Below the pieces are notes generated by a model, which was not told the origin of the DNA, did not search any database, and worked only from the letters and a program-made list of their open reading frames with translations. 64,000 nt of DNA from Lama glama. Its lineage: Eukaryota. Shown one piece after another: positions 37,601 through 50,278 of this stretch. A program made the translations under genes and the position numbers. The stretch is taken from the NCBI GenBank assembly GCA_028534125.1, contig CM052817.1, forward strand, positions 1,614,001-1,678,000, read 5' to 3'. The first letter of the stretch is position 1. Each line of letters starts with the position of its first letter.

Positions 37601-40319
37601 AGCTTCTGCGAAAAAGGGAAAAGCCAGACCTGCCTGCGAACGGTAATAAGGTTGTCCTGCAACTTCATTAGTGAAGGGGCTGTTGGACGTCTTCGCCCCT
37701 CCTTCTCTTTCCTTTCTTTTTCGCTTTGTTTTTTTGGGGGGGAGGAGGGGTGTCAGAGGGTCTCTGCCTCTGCAGTTTTATTATTGCTCTTGTAATTCAT
37801 GGCTCAGGATATTTTGTAGGTGCTCATTTCATGCGTACCTACCTTGAAATAAATATTTTGGTTAATCTGAAACTACTGGTGGTGTGACCATCTGAATTTG
37901 CCTAAATGACATAAAGCAGTTGTCATATCTCCAAGAACCAGAAACACACCTGATAGGTGTATGCAGTGCTTGAGAGTTACAGAACGATTTTTTTTTGCAT
38001 ATGAAAAATTGATTAAATCTTAATGAGGATAGGAAATACACTGCTGAAAGGTCCACTCTGTCTTCTTTGCAAAACACATCAGTAAAGGCCCCAGGTGAAA
38101 ATGAGTCAGAGTGGACGAGCAGGAGTTCAGCAGGCATCAGAGAGGGGAGGGTGCACCAGGCAAAGAGGGTGAATTGTATGAGGGTGGGATTGTAATCAAT
38201 GGAGTCTTCAATTAATGGGCAGATGCCAGCGCACGTGTGAATTTTTTTAAATCCAAAATCGTAATATACCCTTTTGACTGACTGTGGGGAAAACTAGAAT
38301 AGTAAAGTTGTTTTTTAAGGAAGTGGATGGTTTTGGCAGTCAGAACTGCTTTTCAGAGTTTTGATGTGGTTTACGGCAGGACAAGCGATATTTTACTGCT
38401 TGTGTGGTTTTAGTTACAGAGGCTCACTGAATGACAGGAATCTAAATTCTATCCAGTCTCCAAAAGGTGGGATCGTTTCCTTTCCAAAATCTAATTACTA
38501 CAGCTAACCATTTTCTCTTTTAACTCTTTGATATTGTCTGATACTGATAAGGTTTTGTTTGGTATTCAGTTTTGTGTTACTGCTTTTACTATAAAAGCTG
38601 TTTCTCTTGATTAGGTTTTGGTTAGTTCTTTCAAGTAGTCATTGTACTGAATCAGAAAAGTAAATATTGAAATGCTTTAAAAGATGCTTTTTAAAAAAAC
38701 CCTGGAAAATTCAAATATCCGACCAGTGTTAAAATTTTCTTGATTTTCTCTCTCTCTTATTTTTTTTAACAGTTTGAATCAGGGCCCAAATGCTATGCGT
38801 ACATTGTAACTTGTTTTAATCTGTAGGCTCCTCCTCCATCTTTTGTTATCTCTTGTAATTTATTTGTTGCTCAAATTGATGGTTTGTCCTGTGGAATTAC
38901 ACACAGTCTGGATTTTATTCTGTTTTGTAGTTAACTATACAGAATTTACTGTACATTTACTCTAATTTGGTTGGATCTAAGGCGTGATCAGATTCAGGTT
39001 GGATTGATTTTTGGCAAAAAGACTTCATAGATTAGTATGCAGATAAAGATGAGTAGGCTTCTTGCCAGTGTTTAGAGTCAGTATTTCTTGAGGCATTGAA
39101 AAATGTTGATATTTTAATTATATAACTTAATCATTTATTAGCTGGAATATTTCTATAAAGAGAAATTTCCCCTCCGTAATTTAGTTACCGTGAATTATAG
39201 CTCTTTTAGGAAAGGGAAGATAAATGCTTAATTCCTCTCTTACTAGTTTTGGAAATAATAAGTTGGCATCCTCCAGAAGTAGCCAGTGAATTCTGTATAT
39301 GTATTTGTGTCATTGTGAACTCGTGGATTTAAACATATTTGATATGGTTCAGTCCATCGTAGATCCTTATTGATACTCAAATTATTGCATCATTGTCCAG
39401 TAAGAATTTGTTCAAATTGGCTCCTAAATCCTTTGGACACAACTCTAATAGTCTTTGTTTGATCTTTCTGTATGACATACTGTACCAGACTCATCTTATA
39501 CATTTTCTGTCCCAGCCCTGGAATTGTCCATTTTTTCCAAGGAGCCTTGGTTTCTTTTAATGAAAAAATAGTATTTAGTAATCATAGTCTGTGCCCTGAG
39601 GTTGTTCATTACCACTAAATTGATCATTGTTTCCAGGTCTTTTCAGTGCACACACATCGTGGATTACTGACACTTCGACAGAGTTGTGTTTTAACCTTCT
39701 TGATCTTACACCTGTATCTTTTTTCCCCAAGACAAATATCTTGATTCTAGTTACTCATTGTTTTATCCGACACTGTACACACATTTCAGTATCAGAAGAA
39801 TAATACAAACACTACCCCCAACTAATAAAAACTGTTTAAGAGGGGTTTTTTTGCATCCTTATTTGGAATATGTAGTTAAATTACTGTGTTTTGAAGTCAC
39901 TTAGAATAATTACTCCATGATTTTGCCTCCACTAGATGTGTAGTAGAGTTTTGTTTTTTATTTTGCTTTCTACATTTAGAAGTTGCTTTTTTTTAAAATT
40001 GAGGTGTATTTGATGTACAATAGTATATAAATTGCAGGTGTGTAATACAATGATTTGTAATTTTTGAAGGTTCTATACCCCCATTTATAGTTATTATGAA
40101 ATAGTGGCTAAGGAATTGATTTTTTTAAATTTAATTTTGTTTTCTAATTTGGTAAAATATTAAAAGGCTTTCAAAGTCAAACATAAAACGAGGTACAGCC
40201 AGCCCTCTGTACCCGTGGTTCTGCAGCACTGGATATGTAAGGCTGACTGTAACCCATTCCTTCTTTTCCCTATGGATTACCTTTCAACTCTCTTCACGCA
40301 TTTTGTACTGCCTCCCCCA

Positions 40320-40860
40320 GTCTGTTCTCTGTATCCATGAGTTTGGTTTTTTTGTCTTGTTTTTAGATAAGTGAAATCATATGGTATCTGTGTTTCTCTG
40401 TCTGACTTATTTCTCTTGGCATAATGTTCTTGAGGTTCATCCATGCTGTAGACTGTTTCAGGATTTTCTTTGTTTTTAAGGCTGAATAACATTCTTTTGT
40501 ATGTATATGCCACATTTTGCTTATCCATTTGTCCCTCGAACACTCGGTTTGTTTCCACATTTCAGCAATTGTGCATAGTGCTGCTATGAACATGGATATA
40601 CGAGTGTCTCTTTGAGACCCTACGTTCAGTTCTTTGAGGTATATACCCATTGTTAGAATTGCTGGATCATATGGTAATTCTGTTTAAAAAATTTTGAGGA
40701 ACCATTGTACATTCCCACCAGTAGAGCAAAAGGGTCCCAATTTCTTCACATCTTTGCCAACATTTGTTCTCTGTTTTTTTGATAGTAGCCATAGTAGCCA
40801 TCCTAACAGATATGAGGTGGTATGTCATTGTTGTTTGACTTGCATTTCTCTGATCTCACC
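40320..40860 (-). mobile_element. L1 3' end, antisense
   Basis: ataagtgaaatcatatggtatctgtgtttctctgtctgacttatttc, ttttaaggctgaataacattc, ctgctatgaacatgga, gaattgctggatcatatggtaattct; ORF 40363..40650 is the usual L1-tail pseudo-peptide. Confidence 0.85.
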
Positions 40861-43059
40861 ATGCTTTTTTTCACTTAACATTTGGCATCCATGCCAGACT
40901 GTAATATAGACATAGTTCTCATTCCTTCTTTCAGTTGCTTTGTGCTTCTTTACGTGGTTGTATCATACTTTATTTAAGAAGACGTGACTGCTTTTAATGA
41001 CTGTTTAAAACAAGTGTCTTGTCCGTTAGTGGCATTTTTTTCTTATACTGTGATTTGGTGAGAATTTTCTGGTACATTTAAAATTATCAGAATGGAAGGA
41101 AGTACTTCACAGAGGTGTGATGTCATGCTCTGAAATTCTGTTCTATTGAGAAGACTAGCCTTCTCTATTACGTGGTAGTTAACAGCTACAGGTGTTGAAG
41201 ACTAGTTTTACATTTTAAGTTTTTTGAACAGCTGCTATTTCAGTCCCTCAATTGCAGTGATAATTTGGGGTTGGTTTCATAAATGCTATTTCTGAGATGA
41301 AATCATCTGACTCATATAGACACAGTAAGTTCATTATTAGTCAAGTTGTTAACATAACACTTTAGTAATTTTCTGTTGTTTCCTATTGTTCTCTCACTCA
41401 TTATAAATCTACATATTCACTGAATCCTGAGTATTTAAGCTTTAAGATCTAAAATATTAGACTCATAGGTTGTAGTGTGTGGAAAATGAAGCCTACAAGT
41501 ATAGTTGTTAATGCTGTCTTGCTGTCAGCTCTGCCTTCAGAATACATCCTGAATCAGCCCTTCTGTCCCATCCCCACTATACCACCTGGGTCCCAGCAGC
41601 CGCCTTGTCTCCCTTGGACTGCTGCAGCAGCCTCTAGCTGGTTTCCCCAAGTCCTTTCTTTCTGCTTACTCTCCACCTGGCAGCTAGGGTGACTTACATG
41701 GTGTAAATTAGATCATGTTCTGTCTTGCTGAAACCCTTCAAAGGCTGATAAAGCGGTTGCCTCTAGGGAACTATGAGGCTGTTGGGCAGGGGTGGGACAA
41801 GACTTTCTTTTCTCTGTATAACGTTATAAATCTTTCAGATTTTGACTCATGTAATTGGATGATGCACTCACAATGAAATAAGTAATTTTACAAACAAAAC
41901 AAAGCAATGCAATGACTTCTTGTTACATGTAGAACAAAATCCGGATTCCTTGTCATGCTCCCGCCCTGCCGTTCTGCTTCCTCAGGTATGTTGCGTTCTC
42001 AGTAGCCTTCCTGCAGCCTGCCTAGCTCGTTTCTGATATAGAGAGTTGCATGTTGATCCCTCTGCCTAGAACAAGTGCTTTTACAACCCCTCCTACTCAC
42101 CTTTCAGGACTCCGCTTAAATGTCTTTTAAAGAATCCTCCTTAACTGCCCTCTTAATGTAGGTTTTCCCTGTCACTCACTAACTCAGACAGTTCTGTTCT
42201 TCAGTTTTGATTGTCTGTTCACTTTTGTTTTTGCTTCCACAAGAATGATACTCCATTAAGGCAGTGGAAATTTATCCACTGTTTAAGCTGGCCCCTCTGT
42301 GTTCTTGCTAGAATGAGTTCTGAGTCGTAGACCAGGCTGTGACACTTCCCTGTCAGAGCTTTCAGTGATTCTCCATGGCCCGTCAGCCCCGAGTTCCAGG
42401 ACGAGGCTTTCAAGGTTTGTCCTCTTCCCACATCTCCAGTCTCATCTCTTACAGCACCTTGGTTTCGCTTCCCACTGTGTTTTGAGCACTTAGCATGACA
42501 CCTAGTAGGTGCCCAATAAGTATGTGGGGAATGAATGAATGATTTAGGATCGGTCTCTTGAAGTCTTTGTGAAATTGTCGGACAATTAGGAAAATGACAG
42601 CTAAAAATAAAATGCCATCAGGGAGGGCTACATAAAGAAGGTAGAATTAAACTTGAGACTGAAAGTTGGACTCAGTGGGCAAAGAAAAAATGGCATTTTG
42701 TGAAGGAGAAATGGCAGGTTTTTTTAGACTAAATTTTTTGCAGCCACGTTTTATGGCAGTGGCTTAAACACATACACAGAGATCCTACCTAGACTTGAAT
42801 CCTGATCCTGGGCCAGGTGGTTCAAATGCATTCCCTGATTAAGAACCACTGCTTTATGGACTTGCTCTTAGAACAGTGGTCCCTTATATAACTAGTGTTG
42901 CAGTGGACCCAGGACTACTGTCTGTGAAGGTGGGGTTACTTACCCACGTTGGGTGCAGCGTTTAAATGACTGTTGAAAAATAGGGATACCATTTAGCTGG
43001 TAACATAGAATTCCTGAAATTCAGTTTAAACTTGAATTTTCATCTTTTTAAACACTTGC

Positions 43060-43265
43060 TGTATGCTAGTCATTGTACTTTTTATATATTATCTCATTTA
43101 ATCCTTAAAACAATCCTATTGCGTAGATACTATTATCATTTTTTTCAGTTGAAGAAAACCAGGGAAGTTTAAGTGATTGCCAGGGTCCCATAGGAGTTGG
43201 TGGTGCTGGGATTCAGACCAAGGATGTCTAACCCCAGAGATGACGCTCTTAGCCACCAGGCTGTG
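43060..43265 (-). mobile_element. MIR SINE remnant (one of several; others near 44500-44650, 55020-55270, 55770-55920, 59310-59520)
   Basis: tatctcatttaatccttaaaacaatccta...tattatcatttttttcagttgaagaaaacc...aagtgattgccagggtccca...ctgggattcagacc, MIR core motifs. Confidence 0.7.
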
Positions 43266-43521
43266 CTGCCCTTCGTCTGTATATTTTCTTCATCCTGTTA
43301 CTTAGGCACTTGGCTATACCCGTGGGCCCTGGGCTTCCCCGTGAGGGCAGGCGCTGCGCCTTGTCTAGTGCTCTGTTTCCCCAGGCTTGCACGGTGCCTG
43401 GGGGAGAGCAGGTCTTTAAGAATTATTTGTTGCAGTAGTGATCTTCAGTTAATTTTCAGAAAGCTTAGTTTTGAGAAATAATGTTCATGGCAAAATTAGA
43501 GACCCATCTGTTCCCTTAAGG

Positions 43522-43833
43522 CAGGAGTCGGCGAACTTTTTCTGTAAAGGGCTGGATAATAAATACTTCAGGCTTTGAGAGCTGTGTAATCTCTCAACTG
43601 CTTAGTTCTGCTGTTGCACGGAAGCAGCCATAGAGGATTCGTAAATGAATCAATAACTGTCCAATAAAACCTTCCTTATGGGCTCTGAAATTTAAATTGA
43701 TTTCATGTCTGTCGTTACTTATGTTTAAAAAAATTTTTTTTAGCCTTTGAAGATCTGTGTTAGCTTGTGGCCCTTATAAAAGCAGGCAGTGAGCTGGATT
43801 TGGCTTGGGAGGTCAGGCATTTGCTGATTTCTG
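43522..43833. mobile_element. hAT-Charlie DNA transposon (MER58-like)
   Basis: Begins caggagtcggcgaactttttctgtaaagggctggataataaatacttcaggctttg and ends tttgctgatttctg, a degenerate terminal inverted repeat pair. Confidence 0.7.
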
Positions 43834-44254
43834 CCCGGAGTCTAAATTTTATCATTAGGCCCAGTTAGGTATCTGCCTTCTGGACTGAACTGTTTTGTCT
43901 GCCAGTGGACCTTCTTTTACTGCATCCAGCTTCGGCCTGCAGTGAGCAGCTGTGTGGGAGAAACACTACCCTGAGATGTCACATGGTGTTGGCTGTAGGG
44001 CAGTCGTTGGGGGTCTTGTCCTTTATAGTAAGCGAAATACTGTTCTTTTCTTCATTAAGGAATCTGTTTTACTTTTCTTTGAGTTAAACTTTCAACTTCA
44101 TTATTCTAGTTGTATCCCAGAATGAATTTTTATATTTTATGTTTGTCCTTTAGTTTAATATATTTCAGCTGTGGTTTAATAGAAAGAGCTACTTGGAGTT
44201 AGAAAGGGCTGGTTACACATAGCTGTGTAACTCTTTTTGCCAAATTAATCTTTT

Positions 44255-44390
44255 CTGTGTGTGTTTTGTTTTGAGGGGGGTAGGTAACTAGGTTTGTTTA
44301 TTTATTTACTAATTTTTTTTTAACTAGGGCTTGAACTCAGGACCTCATGTATGCTAACCATGCACTAACCTCTGAGCTCTACCACCCCCC
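44255..44390 (-). mobile_element. tRNA-derived SINE (camelid Vic-1-like), diverged
   Basis: Reverse strand ggggggtggtagagctcagaggttagtgcatggttagcatacatgaggtcctgagttcaagccc...aataaataaacaaacctagttacctacccccc. Confidence 0.75.
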
Positions 44391-47300
44391 CACCCCGCTC
44401 CCAGTGAATCTTAAGCTAGCATTATACCTGGCCTAGAGGAAGAGCCTAAGGAATGGCGAGGCCCCTTTCCTACCCCCACCTCCACCGCTTCCTCCACCTC
44501 ACATCCTTGGGCAAATCACTTCTCTTTTTTCTGAGCTTCAGTTTTCCCATTTATGCAATGGATATGACCATACCTTCCTTATCTACTTCAGAGAGTTTGT
44601 ATGAAATTAAGTGAAAAAGTACTTTGTAAGCGGTAGATGATGCCCAAGTGTGTGATTTATTATCGTATATTTAGATTATACTTGGGAGCAAGAAAGGAGA
44701 GAGGAACCGTTACTAATGGTGCATTAACTTCTCTTGAATGCATCTCCAACAGTTAATCTCATGCCTTTTGGGTGTAAAAACATTGTACTGAAAAAATCCG
44801 ATGCTGTGTGTATTATAGCTAATCTTGCCAGATGAATGACAGAGACTTGCTATACTAAATTACAGATTTGCACCCAGGGACTTGGAACTCAAAACCGTGG
44901 GACTAAAGTCTTTCAGTTTTCCCTTTAAAGATGCTGCTTCACTGCCGTCTTGCTCGCGTCACCTGTAAGCAGTCTGCTGCCGTCTGTGCCTTGTTCTTCT
45001 ACATGCGTTGTCCTTTTCTTTGGCTGCTTTCAAGACTTCCCTTATCACTGGTTTTGAGCAATTTTATTTTGATGTGCTTGTGTGTTCCGCAGTTTTTTAC
45101 GTGTATCTTGTGCTTGGGATCCATTGAGAGCTTTCTTGGGTTTTTAGTGTTCATCAAACTAGGGAAAATTCTGGCTATTTTTTAAGAAATAATTTTTTCT
45201 TCTCTATGTCATCTCTTTGAAGAACTCCAGTTTCATTCAGGTTAGACCATTTAAAGTTGCCCCATGGCTCATGGATGCTCTGTTCATTTGTCTTTGCTCT
45301 ATGTGTTTTGTTTTGATTGTTTTTTATTGCTCTATCTTCAGATTCACTCCTCTCTTTTCTACAGTGTTTAATCTACCGTTAATCTTGTTCAGTGTAGTTT
45401 TTTATCTTATGTTGTAGCTTTCATCTTGAGAAGTTCAGTTTGTATCATTTTTATATCTTCCATCTTTCTGTTTGAGATTTTGAACGTATGTTATACCGTT
45501 GTACTCCCTGTTCTGGTGATCTTGTCCACCAATTGTAACTTCTCTCTCAGTTCTGGGTTGGGTTTGATTGACTTAGCTCCTTGATAGGGTATATTTTCCT
45601 GCTTCTTTGCTCATCAGGTAATTTTTTGTTGGATTCCAGACATTGTAAATTTTTCATTGATGGGTTCTGAATCATGATGTAGTCCTATAAACATTCTTAA
45701 ACTCTGTTCTGTTATGTTAGCAGTAGGACTTTAAAATTTTTCCTGTGTTGGAGATGGTGAATGGCACCATTATTCTTTTTACACAAATTGAATTCCTAGC
45801 CTTCTTGAGAAGCTAAAGTCACTAAAACAATACCACCAACAAAAACAGTTTATGTTTGAATCCTAGAAATCAGTTTGTTTTTATCTTCCCCCATGCTTTG
45901 GCAGGTTATTTTGATAAGGATAAGGGATGTCCTCGTTTGAATTTCCTGTCTTGTAAGGTTTTAAAAGCTGAATCTAAGATTTGGTTAAGTAGCAGATTAA
46001 ATTTGCTAATACTTGTTTAGTTTATTCAGTGCTTACTAGCTATCACATGGCTCCTTAAAACATTTAGGAATCATAACATAGCATAACATTAAACATTAAC
46101 AGAACTGTTCAGCAGTTAATGTTTTCTCTGACCCTCTGCACGCGGGGTGCTTGGCAGGCGGGGCGAGGGGAGCGGGTTTAGTGCCGTCTGCCCTTTGAGC
46201 TTTGCTTATCCCAGGAGCACCTTCTTAAGCAGGTGTTATGACTAATGTACGACACTGGTTTGATCCCTTAAAAGTGTTGAGCCTATTTGATACGATTTTA
46301 TATGAATTTATGCTCCATAGGAAAAAGATGGCATTTTAAATAAAATAGGACTGGAGTCTGCAGGCCACTTAATTTTTAACTGAACAGTGACTTGAGAACT
46401 TGCTCTTCCAGAATAAAATGGCAACAGTCATTTTAAAATAAGTTACTTTGCAAGAATATTTTCCATTCTGTAGCTTTTATTAACTTGCGTATCAGTCCTG
46501 TCTCTTCACACACAGGTGTTGAGCACCTCTAATATGCTGGGTTCAACTCGGCACAGTGGACAGAGCAGGAATGAGATGCACAGGGGTTGAGACACATCCC
46601 CCTCTCTGGGGAACTTACGTTCTAGAATGAGAGATAGGTAATAACAAAACACTGTAGTATCAGGTAGGAATAATGCGTGAAGGCCATGGCGGCAGGGTGA
46701 GGGCGGAGAGATGATGCCGCAAGGGCCTGTTTCACATGGGGGGTAAGGCAGGCTTCTCTGAGGAGGTGACAGTTCATCAGAGATTGAACCTCTGTCCATC
46801 TGGAGGGAAACGGATGGGCAGTGGAGACACATCTCACTGCACATGGCTTCTTGTTGCCTGTTGATGGCAGCTGCTGAAGGGGCGGGCCACGTGGGCCAGA
46901 CATCTGGAGGAGAAGACCCTCGTGGGCTGTGACCTAGACGAGGGACCGGAGCAGGTGCTGTTTGCCAGTTTCCCTTTGCGCGCCTGGTGCCTGGCACTGG
47001 GGAGTACAGGTGTGAAATTGAGGTTTTTGGGGAGCCCGTCTAATGGTGGCAGAGTTATTGTCAGTAGCATCATCCTTAAATAATCACGAAGTAGTCACAG
47101 TAATAGCTTCAGGAATTTTTATTGAGCACTGTGCGGGAAGCTTTGTTACCCCATTTTGCAGATGAGAAGCTATGCGACAGGTTTAGTGACTTGCCCGAGA
47201 GCACGCAGCCAGAACGGTGGTATGTACTTGACCTCCTTTAAAAAATAAAGTACTACTCATGACGAAACCCACTTTGCTCCTCCTTAATAGGTCTTTGTGA

Positions 47301-48458
47301 ATGCTCAGTAACAGCACACATGAATCTGTTCCATTCTCTTCCATAGTCTCAGGTATTTCATTTTACGGATATTGTATAATTTATTACTGCTGAATTGAGA
47401 TTTGATTCCCAGTTTTAACTGTTAAAACTTTTTCAGCTGATACTCTCGCATCTCTGTCCTTGGGCACTGTGAAGTGTATCTGTAGATACATTCTCGGAAT
47501 TGAGAGTACCTGGTCAAGGATATTGGTACTTTTAGTTTCCATAGCTATTTCCAAATTACCCTCCTAACAAGTTATACCAGGTTATACTCCCACCAACTGC
47601 GTGTTTTCACCACACAAGAAAGTGGAGGTAATCATAGTGCCTATTTTGCAGTTACTGTGAAGATTAAATGAATTAAATACATAAAAGGTATCCAGTAAGC
47701 TGTCAGTAAATGGCTGTTATGTATTACAAATACAGTTATTAACCGTATTCCTGAACCTCATTACCAAAGATACTGTCAGCCTTTGAGCTGCTTCGGGAGG
47801 TTGGGAAGGGGGTTTATATGATCGACCACAGCAGCGTACGCTCCTCAGATCCCGTCACCCATGTCAGAACAGTTCGCTCTGTGCTGGGGCCCGGGGGCCC
47901 GGGGCTGGGAGCTTGCGCTTGGTGTCGGGTGCGACCCACAGGCACACGCGCGCTTATGCTCGGCCCAGGCCGTGCTCGGAGACTGGCCTCAGTGGAGGTT
48001 GGCCCCTTGTGTGCCTCTGCAGCGCCCTGGGATGGCAGCTCTGAGTGTCTCCACGGGGAGGAGGAGGCCCCCACTTGGGAGGGACCTTTAGAATATCCTG
48101 TCTCAGACTCTTGGTTCTCCCTTTCTCTTATTCTGAAAGACTTAGTTTAAATTTACCCCATTGATCGACTTACTGAGAGTGGTTCAGGGAGCTCCTCACC
48201 TAAACAAAGAGTTTTTCTCATCTGCACGCTACTGCTTAAAATGCCTTGTGGAGGAGACAAAGCAGTTGGTGGTAAGAAATGAACAAGTCTTCAGCCAGAG
48301 GGTGTGAGTTTACTGCAGGTTCACTGAGGGTTACCCAGCAGTGGGTGATAAAGTCACTTAACTGCTCCCAGTCTCAGTTTTCTCTGACACAAAATGAAGT
48401 GGTTATAAGATGCAAAGAAGAGAATGTTGTGAAAACTCTCTGAAAATGGCAAATGCTG

Positions 48459-48808
48459 AGTGAAAACATACATTTACAGAAAAGCTTGTACATGAATGTT
48501 CATGGCAGCATTATTCTTTATAGCCGAAAAGCGGAAACAAACACAGTGATAAAGAATGAAATGCTGATCCATGCTGTGCGTGGATGGACTTGGGAAGCTT
48601 CATGCTAAGTGAAAGAGGCCAGAGAAAGGCTGGAGGGGAGGGAGGAATAGGAATGGGGGGGTGACTGCTGATGTATGTGGGGTTTCTTCTTGGGTGTTGA
48701 AAATGTTGTAAAATTAGGTTGTGTTGATGGTTACACATTTCTGTTAATATACTGAAACCCAATGAACTGTACACATATGAATTTTGTACGTGAATGTCAA
48801 AAAAGCTG
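48459..48808 (+). mobile_element. L1 3'-end fragment with probable target-site duplication, inserted in a MIR
   Basis: acatgaatgttcatggcagcattattc, gatggttacacatttctgttaatatactgaaacccaatgaactgtacac; flanked by TGAAAATGGCAAATGCTG (48441-48458) and TGAAAATGCAAATGCTG (48809-48825). Confidence 0.65.
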
Positions 48809-50089
48809 TGAAAATGCAAATGCTGCATTAAGAATTTTATTTTCACTAAAGTCAGTTGTCAGCTGTTGGTTGGGGTATTAGGGATGTAGTGTCAGGATGC
48901 AGTTCCAGTTGTGCCACTCAGAATATGTAGCCCTGGGCCAAGTTGGTGAGATTCTCGAACTCATCTTTTTCTTCTGTTGAAGTAGGAATAGTAGTAGCAC
49001 CAATCTTACCTAACTGGAGGTGGTGTGGGCCCGTGATGCATGTTGTACGTAGGTTTGCTATCAGTGCTTTCCTTTCCCTTCCTTCTTTAACAGTGTACAG
49101 AGGAGGGAGAAGCAGATGTTAAGAGGAAAAGGCACAGAAAAGCAATAATAATAATAAAAAAAACTCCCCTCTTTACTAGCTACTCCCACTCTCTCTTTTT
49201 AAAGCTCTGTGCAGGGATATTTTTGTTTGTTACAGCTACAGTATTTGCAGTTTGCAGGAACTTTGTGGTTAAGCCATTCTTTCTAAGATTTAAGAATATT
49301 TTAGTTAACAGGCCAGCCTTGTTCCCAGGTGATACCATTAACCTAGTTGTTACTGCATAGAGCTTCAGGCAAGAAGGGAGGGTAGAAACGGTGCTTGAGT
49401 CTCATGGAATGGCTCCCTTTAGGGCTGAGTCTACTTTAGTAGGAGAGATGTGAAGTTAGTCCGCTCCCTTAGGGGGAACTTAATGACCCCACCTTCCAGA
49501 TACTCTGTCTTGGTTTATTCTGAGCATCATCCCCGGAACTGAAGCACAGCGCTCTTTGGCCGAATAACCACCAGGAATGTCACTGACCTAGGATGTCTGA
49601 AATATTGAATGTGCACTGTTTTCTGCATAGGGCGTTTGACTGATGGATTGATTTGGAAAGCAGGGAATTTCTTGAAGGAAACATTCCTTTTCCAGCTTTT
49701 AGTCAAGCGATGATGGTATGGATTTTCTTTGTCTCTAGATTAGAAATGACATTAAGAAGGCTTCTTAATTCATTAAACTATACATATACACCCCCCCCTT
49801 CCTCCTCAATTCACTGAACTTTTAAAAAGGGCTTCAGTGTGCCAGGCATTGCACTGGGCACTGGGGAATCAGATAAGAACAGAGGTCCTGCTTCAAGGGC
49901 TCATGGCTCTTCAGACTGGACGGGGAGGTAGCCCACGAGGATGACTACAGGGAACTCCTGTAGGGCCTTCTCTGTAGTGGCATGAGGTGGATCCCTGTTA
50001 GAGCTGTTCAGGTCATTGAGATGTTTCATATCACTTGCCCACAGTTATTTTTATCATTTCTATTTTATAAAACTGAAGCTAGCGATTTT

Positions 50090-50278
50090 TAAAAAAATTC
50101 TACTTTTTTAATTCGTTTTTTTTAGTTTATTTTTGAGGGGGGAGGTAATCAGGTTCTTTATTTATTTGTTTGTTTATTCATTCATTCATTTATTTATTTA
50201 ATGGAGGTACTGGGGATTGAACCCACGACGTTGTGCATGCTAAGCACGCGCTCTACCACTGAGCTGTACCCTCCCCCC
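50090..50278 (-). mobile_element. Full-length tRNA-derived SINE (camelid Vic-1-like) with perfect 15-bp TSD
   Basis: Reverse strand ggggggagggtacagctcagtggtagagcgcgtgcttagcatgcacaacgtcgtgggttcaatccccagtacctcc...; TSD GAAGCTAGCGATTTT at 50075-50089 and 50279-50293. Confidence 0.9.

Noticed and set aside
36249..37795. Long ORFs on both strands (up to 389 aa) over the ADD1 CpG island
   Set aside because: Arg/Pro/Gly/Ala-rich, overlapping in several frames, no recognisable domain; expected from stop-codon scarcity in very GC-rich DNA.
50200..50278. tRNA-like sequence with A and B boxes
   Set aside because: It is the head of a SINE (A-rich tail, TSD, four related copies), not a tRNA gene.
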